Part shown: positions 45,768-52,126 of the stretch, piece by piece | How positions within the stretch are numbered: the stretch's first letter is position 1 | Layout: every line of letters begins with the position of its first letter | Source of the DNA: Nanobdellota archaeon | Lineage (GTDB): Archaea; Nanobdellota; Nanobdellia; Woesearchaeales; B3-WOES | Direction of reading: 5' to 3' | Assembly (NCBI GenBank): GCA_023131705.1 | Contig: JAGLZG010000057.1 | Span: 1 to 52,126, forward strand | Length of the DNA stretch: 52,126 bases | Position numbers and translations under genes: made by a program | The notes under the pieces: model-generated | What the model was told of the DNA's origin: nothing | Databases searched by the model: none | The model's input: the letters and a program-made list of their open reading frames with translations, nothing else

Positions 45768-46508
45768 ATGAAAGCTTTACTCTTTGCAGCAGGAAGGGGA
45801 AAAAGAATAAGTGAATTAGCAAAAGATATTCCAAAACCTCTGTTAGGAATAGCAGAAGGAAAAACCATTATTGAAAATCTATTAGATATGCTTTTATTAA
45901 ATAATGTTAAAGAAGCTGTTATTGTTATTGGTTTTAAAGGAGAAAAAATAATTGAAAAATTAACTAACAATTATAAAGGAATAAAGATTACCTATGTTTT
46001 GAATAAAGACTATGAAACAACAAACAGTGCTTATTCTTTTTATGTTGCCAGAAACTATGTAAAAGAAGGATGCTTGCATTTTAATGCAGATAATGTAATG
46101 CACCCAAAAATAATTGAAATACTTATTAATGCTGAAAAAGAGAATGCCTTTATGTATGATGATATGAATCCTCCATGTGAAGAGGATTGCAAAGTTAGAA
46201 TAGATGAGAAAGGAGCAATACTTGACTTAGGTAAACAGATGGATCCTTCAAATACCCAGGGATGGATTATAGGAAGCGGTAAATTCTCAGCAGAAGGTAT
46301 CAAAAAAGTAGTTGATATAATGGAAAATGATATTGAAAAATGGAAAAAGCTTAATATACCATTACTTCTTTTTGGGCAGGGCATTGATGTTTATGCTGTG
46401 AGCAGTAAGGGTTATCCTTTTGGTGAGATTGATAATGTAGAGGATTTAGAAAAAGTAAGAAATGAAGTTTACCCAAAGATTTTAAAAGACATTCAAAATT
46501 TAACTTAG
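45768..46508 (+). CDS. Nucleotidyltransferase (LicC/MobA-like, phospho-alcohol or sugar-phosphate cytidylyltransferase candidate)
   Basis: N-terminal MKALLFAAGRGKRISELAKDIPKPLLGI; 246 aa. It starts 2 nt after the CDP-alcohol transferase stop. Confidence 0.65.
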   Translation: MKALLFAAGRGKRISELAKDIPKPLLGIAEGKTIIENLLDMLLLNNVKEAVIVIGFKGEKIIEKLTNNYKGIKITYVLNKDYETTNSAYSFYVARNYVKEGCLHFNADNVMHPKIIEILINAEKENAFMYDDMNPPCEEDCKVRIDEKGAILDLGKQMDPSNTQGWIIGSGKFSAEGIKKVVDIMENDIEKWKKLNIPLLLFGQGIDVYAVSSKGYPFGEIDNVEDLEKVRNEVYPKILKDIQNLT

Positions 46509-47579
46509 TTTGTATATCTTAAGATATTTCTCTGCTATCTTTTTCCAATCATAATTTTCTAACACATATTTCCTGCAATTTCTAGTTAATCCTTTCCTGA
46601 ATTTATCATCTTTTATTTTGATTAAAGCATTTACTAAATCAATTTTATTTTTTGGCTTTACCTTCATACCAATATCATCATTAATAATATCTCTCATTCC
46701 ACCAATATTAGATGCTATTACAGGCACCCCACAAGACAAAGCTTCTAATGTTACAAAACCAAAAGGCTCTTTTGTTGAAGGAACAATCAAAACATCTGCA
46801 GATGAATAAACACCAGGCATTTTATTATGGTCGATAAAATCTTTAATTTCAACTTTATCTTGAATTTTTAATCTTTTAACAAGGGATGCAATATCTTTTT
46901 TTTCTGGCCCTGATCCTACTATCAATAACTTATAGTCAAAAGGATACCTTGAGCACGCTTTGATTAAGTGCTTAATTCCTTTCTCTTTTGATAATCTTCC
47001 TACAAAGAGGATTGTAAACTTATCTTTTTTGAACGTGGGTTTTGAAGGCTTGAATAATTCAGTATCAATACCATTTGGAATCACTGTTACAGCTTCTTTT
47101 TTTATTCCAGAATATTTTACAAGATTATCTTTGCTTTCTGTTGTTAAGGCTGTTATTTTTTTTGCTTTTTTCATGATATTTTTCCCGAATAACATCACAA
47201 AAAGCTTAATTGAGTTTGGATATTTGTTTATTCTTTGTGTTAATATCAAATTTTTAAAGCTTAAACAAACCCAAGTTAGAGGCATTATCCATTCCTGTAC
47301 ATGCACAACATCAATTTTATCTTTTTTTAGCTGTTTTTTTAGGCCAATTAAATAATTCATACCTTTTTTTCTTATGCCTACCGAAGGAAGCCTTATAATA
47401 TCAACATTCTTTAATTTTGATGGTTCGTTTGTTTTTTTTATTTTTCCATAACGCAGGATAGTAAATTTAGTAACATAAATATTAACTTTGTGTCCTTTTT
47501 TTGATAAGAATTTAGCTAGATAATATTCATTTCCACCATATTTTTCTTCATAATAAGATGTTATTAAAGCAATTTTCAT
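46500..47579 (-). CDS. GT4 (GT-B fold) glycosyltransferase
   Basis: E-x7-E region EPFGFVTLEALSCGVPVIASNIGGMRDII, with N-terminal MKIALITSYY. Confidence 0.85.
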   Translation of the reverse strand: MKIALITSYYEEKYGGNEYYLAKFLSKKGHKVNIYVTKFTILRYGKIKKTNEPSKLKNVDIIRLPSVGIRKKGMNYLIGLKKQLKKDKIDVVHVQEWIMPLTWVCLSFKNLILTQRINKYPNSIKLFVMLFGKNIMKKAKKITALTTESKDNLVKYSGIKKEAVTVIPNGIDTELFKPSKPTFKKDKFTILFVGRLSKEKGIKHLIKACSRYPFDYKLLIVGSGPEKKDIASLVKRLKIQDKVEIKDFIDHNKMPGVYSSADVLIVPSTKEPFGFVTLEALSCGVPVIASNIGGMRDIINDDIGMKVKPKNKIDLVNALIKIKDDKFRKGLTRNCRKYVLENYDWKKIAEKYLKIYKLS

Positions 47580-47673
47580 TGTATGAATAAACTTATTGCT
47601 CTTTTTAAATTTTATGAAGAATAGTTTTTAAATTCAGAATATTTAAATAGGGCTTTACAAATTTATTTAAAGT

Positions 47674-48996
47674 ATGAAAAATACTATTGAAAAAGTAACA
47701 AATAATAATTTGTGTAATGGATGTGGAACATGTATCGGAATTTGCCCTGTTAATGCAATATCTCTTAGGAAAAATCTTTCTGGTAATTTTTATCTTCCTT
47801 TAATAGATAAGGAAAGATGCATAAATTGCGGGAAATGCTATAATGTATGCCCTGGACATTCTGTCGATTTTAAAAAATTAAATCAAAAAATATTTGGAAA
47901 ACAACCTGAAAATAAATTAATTGGTAATTTTATAAAAGCATATACGGGGTTTTCTAAAGATGAGAATCTGAGATTCAATTGTTCTTCTGGAGCTTTAGTT
48001 ACAGAATTGCTCTTATTTTTATTAGAAAATAGAGAAATTGATGGAGCTTTAGTTACAACAATGAATGAGAAAAATCCATTAGAACCCAAAGTAATCCTTG
48101 CTAAAACCAAAAAGCAGATTCTAAATGCTTCAAAATCAAAATACTGTCCAGTTGCTCTTGGGGTAGGATTGAAAGAAGTTCTAAAAAATAAAGGAAAGTT
48201 TGCAGTAGTTGGGCTTCCTTGTCATATACATGGAATAAGAAAAGCGGAACAATTGATTCCTGATTTAAAGGACAAGATAAAATTTCATTTTGGCCTAGTT
48301 TGTATGCATACAATGGGATTTTTAGCAACAGAATATTATCTAAAATCTCTTAATATAAAAAAAGAAGATATCAAAGAAATACAATACAGGGGAAAAGGTT
48401 GGCCCGGTTTTACATCAATTTACCTTAAAAATGGAAAAAAGATTGAAATACCAAGAAACAATAAAAAAAAGAAAAATTTCAAACAAATATTGGATTATGA
48501 AACAGCATTCCACCTAAGTTTTATACCTGAAAGGTGTTTAACTTGCACTGATGGTTTGAATGAATTGGCAGATATAACTTTTGGTGATGCATGGTTACCC
48601 GAATATTTAAAAACTGATAATAAAGGAACTTCTTTAGTTATAACGAGAACAAAAAAAGCAGATGAATTAATAGAAAGAGTCAAAGCAAACAAAAAAATAG
48701 AACTAAATGAACTACCTATTGAATCAGTAATTAAGGGACATAAAAATGCTTTAATATTCAAAAAAAGTTTAAAAGCAAAGACATTATTTCTGAAAAAACC
48801 AAATTATAACCAAGATTTAATAAAAAATGTTACTATAAAAAATTGGATACTTTCATTTATTTCCATAATCTTCTCAAAAATTTCAAAAAGAAGGTGGTCA
48901 TGGTTATTTTTGAATATATACCCTTTTGTTTATCTCCTATCTTCACGGATTTATTTTTTCTTCAGAAAATTAAAAAATAGGTTTAAAATTTATTAA
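47674..48996 (+). CDS. FrhB-like (coenzyme F420 hydrogenase/dehydrogenase beta subunit family) flavo-iron-sulfur protein
   Basis: Two ferredoxin motifs, CNGCGTCIGICP and CINCGKCYNVCP, followed by an FrhB-like body and a C-terminal hydrophobic tail. Convergent overlap with the pyruvyl transferase gene. Confidence 0.7.
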   Translation: MKNTIEKVTNNNLCNGCGTCIGICPVNAISLRKNLSGNFYLPLIDKERCINCGKCYNVCPGHSVDFKKLNQKIFGKQPENKLIGNFIKAYTGFSKDENLRFNCSSGALVTELLLFLLENREIDGALVTTMNEKNPLEPKVILAKTKKQILNASKSKYCPVALGVGLKEVLKNKGKFAVVGLPCHIHGIRKAEQLIPDLKDKIKFHFGLVCMHTMGFLATEYYLKSLNIKKEDIKEIQYRGKGWPGFTSIYLKNGKKIEIPRNNKKKKNFKQILDYETAFHLSFIPERCLTCTDGLNELADITFGDAWLPEYLKTDNKGTSLVITRTKKADELIERVKANKKIELNELPIESVIKGHKNALIFKKSLKAKTLFLKKPNYNQDLIKNVTIKNWILSFISIIFSKISKRRWSWLFLNIYPFVYLLSSRIYFFFRKLKNRFKIY

Positions 48997-50173
48997 TGAA
49001 TCTGCTTAATATTTTTGTATTTTTCAAACAAAGTTTCTCAATTTTCGGTATTTTTTCTTTTAAATTTTTTTCTATCTTTTTCTTATTTAACCATAACTGC
49101 TCAAATTTTAATTTAAATTTATTAAAATCAACTTTTTGGTAGTTGAAAACATATTCTTCAAGGTTAAAAAGCTGCATAACTTCAACATATTTGTGGCTCC
49201 ATCCAAGGACAATTGTTGGAACTTTCATTGAGGTTGAGGCAACTATAGAATGATATCTTGAACCAATAAATACTTTACACAAACCAATTATTGCTTTGAG
49301 TTCTTCAGGACCATAATTTTTCTCTATTATCCTTATTTTATCCTTATTTTTACATTTTTTATACACTTCTTTGGCAACAAAAACATCGTCTTTTCCTTTA
49401 ACACTCACATAGTGTGGAATAAAGAGAATATTCACATCTAAATTTGAATTTAGATAGTCTGTAAGTTTAACCAAGAAATCAACATATCTTTTGTTTTTTT
49501 TATAGATGTACTCATTTACAGCAATACCTATTATTTTTTCATTCTGCTCTATTTTTTCATTCTTTATTATTTGATTAATTCTGTCTTTTCCAATAGGCTC
49601 TAAAAGAAAGGCACTGTCTGGGAAAACATAATCTGCTTTTATTCCAATTTGCTTTAAGTAATTTTTACTGGCATTGCCCCTTACAGTTATTAGCTTCACT
49701 TTTTTAAGAGCATATTTTGCAAGAATCCTATTTGATAATTTTTTAAATGGACCAAAAGACTGGCTGTACATTATAACTGATTTTTTTAGCATAAAAGCTA
49801 ATTTTAATCTTAGAGCTAATCCTAAGTTTACATTGAATTTAAAAGCATCTGTAAAAGAGATACCATTTAAATCCAGAATAACATCTGCATTATTGTAGGC
49901 ATTCAGAACTTTGTCTTTGTTCTTTAGCTTTCTATTGAAGAAAAATCTTAAAGGCAGAACAATATATTTAACTGGATTATTAGATAAATAACTCATATCT
50001 ACTATATTAATCTTATATTTATCACAATATTTTTTATCGTAATCAGCATTAGGAGATAACATAGTTATTTCTAATGGTTTTATCAGCGTTCTTAGAGCAT
50101 TAGATGTGCTTATTAACATTGCTCCCGCCCCTTTATTCTGAAAATGGGTTCCTGTTATGAGTATTTTTGTCAT
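48983..50173 (-). CDS. Polysaccharide pyruvyl transferase (CsaB/WcaK family)
   Basis: C-terminal family block FIGSRYHSIVASTSMKVPTIVLGWSHKY; 396 aa. Confidence 0.8.
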   Translation of the reverse strand: MTKILITGTHFQNKGAGAMLISTSNALRTLIKPLEITMLSPNADYDKKYCDKYKINIVDMSYLSNNPVKYIVLPLRFFFNRKLKNKDKVLNAYNNADVILDLNGISFTDAFKFNVNLGLALRLKLAFMLKKSVIMYSQSFGPFKKLSNRILAKYALKKVKLITVRGNASKNYLKQIGIKADYVFPDSAFLLEPIGKDRINQIIKNEKIEQNEKIIGIAVNEYIYKKNKRYVDFLVKLTDYLNSNLDVNILFIPHYVSVKGKDDVFVAKEVYKKCKNKDKIRIIEKNYGPEELKAIIGLCKVFIGSRYHSIVASTSMKVPTIVLGWSHKYVEVMQLFNLEEYVFNYQKVDFNKFKLKFEQLWLNKKKIEKNLKEKIPKIEKLCLKNTKILSRFINKF

Positions 50174-51327
50174 AATAATCCCCTCACTTTTTCCAAAACA
50201 TCCTCAACTGTTATGCTTAGCATGCATTTCTTATCATAATCACATTTATACAACAACCCACAAGGCCAGCATTTTACATTACGTTTTATGATAATATGCT
50301 CTTTTTTATCTCCATAAGGCCCCCATCTCCTGTAATCAGTTGGACCTATTAATGTTATTGTTTTACATCCAACAGCAGAAGCCATGTGCATTGGCCCTGA
50401 ATCAACGCCAATTAACAGGTCAGACAGGCTTAGCAAGGCTGCTGTCTGCATTAGTTTTAGTTTTCCTGTAAGGTTGATTATTTTGTCTTTGTTTTGTATC
50501 TTTTGGAGCAGGGATTCTGATTTTTGAATATCGTTGGAACCACCAATTATTATAATCTTTGTTTTGTATTTTTTTATAAGATTATCAATCAGTTCAGCAA
50601 ATTTTTCCAAAGGCCATTCCTTTGAAGGATAGCCTGCAAATGGGTTGATTACAATCCTTTTGTTTATTTTGTTTTTTGCCAGTATTCTTTTTATTTTTGT
50701 GATGTCTTGTTTTTTAACATCAAGTTCAGGAATTGTTTCTTTTATTGGGCAGTTTATTGCTTTTAGTAAACTTAGGTTTTTTTCAACTTCATGGATTCCC
50801 TGCTTATATTTTACATTTTTTGTCAGGAAATAAGAACCTCCTGTATAGCCAAAACCAATCCTTTGCTTTGCTCCAGAAAGATACAGGAATAAAAGGTTAT
50901 TTCTAAAGTCCCCCCTTGTATCAATTGCCAGGTCAAATCTTTGTTTTCTTATCTTTTTTATAAATTTTAGATATGTCAGTATGTCTTTGATGTTAAATCC
51001 TTTTTTGTATCTAATCCATGGAGCATCATATAATATGATATTATCAATATTTTTGTTGTTTTTCCACAAATCAATGAATTTAGGGTTTATGACAAGAGAT
51101 ATTTTTGCATCTTTGCAGCAGTTTCTTAGATTATTGATTAAAGGAATTGATAGGATACTGTCTCCTATATAGCCAGAATTGATTATTAATATTTTTTTAA
51201 TTTTTATGTTTCTATCTATTCTTAACCATTGAAATGTTATAAGCTGATATAATCTGAATAATATCATTAGAACCATGTTTATTAAAAAAATAATTATTGC
51301 TTTTTTCTTATTGATTACCTTAACCAT
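50170..51327 (-). CDS. GT9 glycosyltransferase (heptosyltransferase family)
   Basis: LIGVDSGPMHMASAVGCKTITLIGPT block, with the N-terminal ILIINSGYIGDSIL motif. Confidence 0.85.
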   Translation of the reverse strand: MVKVINKKKAIIIFLINMVLMILFRLYQLITFQWLRIDRNIKIKKILIINSGYIGDSILSIPLINNLRNCCKDAKISLVINPKFIDLWKNNKNIDNIILYDAPWIRYKKGFNIKDILTYLKFIKKIRKQRFDLAIDTRGDFRNNLLFLYLSGAKQRIGFGYTGGSYFLTKNVKYKQGIHEVEKNLSLLKAINCPIKETIPELDVKKQDITKIKRILAKNKINKRIVINPFAGYPSKEWPLEKFAELIDNLIKKYKTKIIIIGGSNDIQKSESLLQKIQNKDKIINLTGKLKLMQTAALLSLSDLLIGVDSGPMHMASAVGCKTITLIGPTDYRRWGPYGDKKEHIIIKRNVKCWPCGLLYKCDYDKKCMLSITVEDVLEKVRGLL

Positions 51328-51369
51328 ACTTATTCTAAGAAATAAAGTTAATTTAAAAGGTTTATGTAT

Positions 51370-51894
51370 TTATTGTTCTTTAAACAGGTTTACTATTTTT
51401 TTTATTATTTTAGATGCAGAAGCATCACTATTAATATTTATTATATTTATCTTCCCCCCATAACTTTCTATTATCTTTCTCTCATTTTGATTAATTGCTG
51501 GTTTTTCTTCTGTAGCATCTTTTGGATCAATAACATAGTCCCCACCTTTGCAATATATTTTTGGCTTTAATTCTTTTAGTATATTTTCTATTGTGGGATT
51601 ATAGAATATAAATGTATAATCAACACACTCTAAGGCTGATAAAACCTCTGCTCTTTCTTTTTCTGGTATAATTGGTCTTTTTTCATCTTTATAGGCTTTT
51701 ATTGAACTATCAGAATTTAGAGCAACAATTAGTATACCTCCTAATTCCTTGGCTTTTTGTAAATATTTCACATATCCTACATGGAGCAAATCAAAACCCC
51801 CATTTGTAAAAACAACTTTCTTGCCTTGCCTTTCAGCATATTCCATTATTTCTTTTATTTCTTCTTTTGTCTTTATTTTTTTATTAGATTCCAT
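51370..51894 (-). CDS. D-glycero-beta-D-manno-heptose-1-phosphate adenylyltransferase-like cytidylyltransferase (RfaE domain II / HldC)
   Basis: VVFTNGGFDLLHVGYVKYLQKAKELGGILIVALNSDSS...RPIIPEKERAEVLSALECVDY...KGGDY, colinear with RfaE domain II. Confidence 0.75.
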   Translation of the reverse strand: MESNKKIKTKEEIKEIMEYAERQGKKVVFTNGGFDLLHVGYVKYLQKAKELGGILIVALNSDSSIKAYKDEKRPIIPEKERAEVLSALECVDYTFIFYNPTIENILKELKPKIYCKGGDYVIDPKDATEEKPAINQNERKIIESYGGKINIININSDASASKIIKKIVNLFKEQ

Positions 51895-52126
51895 TTTCCC
51901 TTAAAAATTTATCATAATCTATTATCCCTTGTTTTAGATTATATTTTGCTTTAAATCCAAGCATTTTCTCAGCTTTTGTTGTATCTGCCTGTGTGTTGTT
52001 TTGATAAGTTCCGTCATAAGGATTGTCAATATATTCGGGCTCAAGTTGAGTTCCTAAAACTTCATTTAGTGTCTTAACAAGTTCGTTAAAGCTGACAGCG
52101 GTTCCTGTGCCAACATTATAGACTCC
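51884..52126 (-). CDS. ADP-L-glycero-D-manno-heptose 6-epimerase-like SDR, C-terminal part (5-prime end outside the window)
   Basis: My own translation of the minus strand gives GVYNVGTGTAVSFNELV...YQNNTQADTTKAEKMLGFKAKYNL...FLRENGI-stop. The YQxxTQAD block resembles HldD. The stop overlaps the rfaE-II-like start. Confidence 0.55.
   Translation of the reverse strand, partial: GVYNVGTGTAVSFNELVKTLNEVLGTQLEPEYIDNPYDGTYQNNTQADTTKAEKMLGFKAKYNLKQGIIDYDKFLRENGI

Noticed and set aside
47674-48996. Genuine F420-reducing hydrogenase or F420H2 dehydrogenase subunit
   Set aside because: There are no partner hydrogenase subunits. Its context is a pyruvyl transferase in a glycan locus, so only the fold family is claimed.

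Overview
This is an AT-rich (about 30% G+C by eye), densely packed 52-kb island devoted almost entirely to cell-surface glycan and glycoconjugate biosynthesis. It uses the standard genetic code (TGA serves as a stop). Many genes are preceded by GGAGG/GGGG-type ribosome-binding motifs. Many gene pairs show start/stop overlaps, and there are about 14 strand switches. The gene content (ACP plus AcpS, a CsbB/YfhO-like pair, a GT9 heptosyltransferase, RfaE/HldD) suggests an uncultivated small-genome bacterium (CPR/Patescibacteria-like). A DPANN-type archaeon cannot be excluded from this window alone. I recognise four groups of ordinary content. (1) Nucleotide-sugar genes: ugd, two or three sugar-1-P nucleotidyltransferases, rfbC, an RfbH-type 3-dehydrase, two DegT aminotransferases, gmd, an fcl-like gene, and rfaE-II/hldD. 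(2) Five GT2, one GT4 and one GT9 transferases, five polytopic GT-C-like membrane proteins, two GtrA-like proteins, a Wzx flippase and a UPF0104 flippase-like protein. (3) Three SAM methyltransferase domains. (4) An FkbH-like/ACP/AcpS/acyltransferase acylation module and an FrhB-like/pyruvyl-transferase pair. The most unusual part lies at 35.3-46.5 kb. There, a translationally coupled run sits directly behind the flippase: a G1P-dehydrogenase-fold enzyme, a RuBisCO-like protein, a choline-kinase/MtnK-fold kinase, a DUF89 phosphatase, an eliminase-type glycyl radical enzyme and its activase. It is flanked by a B12-radical-SAM enzyme, an Fe-ADH, a CDP-alcohol phosphatidyltransferase and a cytidylyltransferase-like gene. 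I propose this as a candidate undescribed pathway. Outside the coding content there are two further features. One is an operator-like array of GTAAG-core repeats beside a double-HTH regulator. The other is a family of G+C-richer multi-hairpin elements, one of which is inserted in frame inside the yfhO-like gene. I recognised no rRNA, tRNA, CRISPR, transposase or integrase. All functional calls rest on motif recognition by eye, and no database search was possible.
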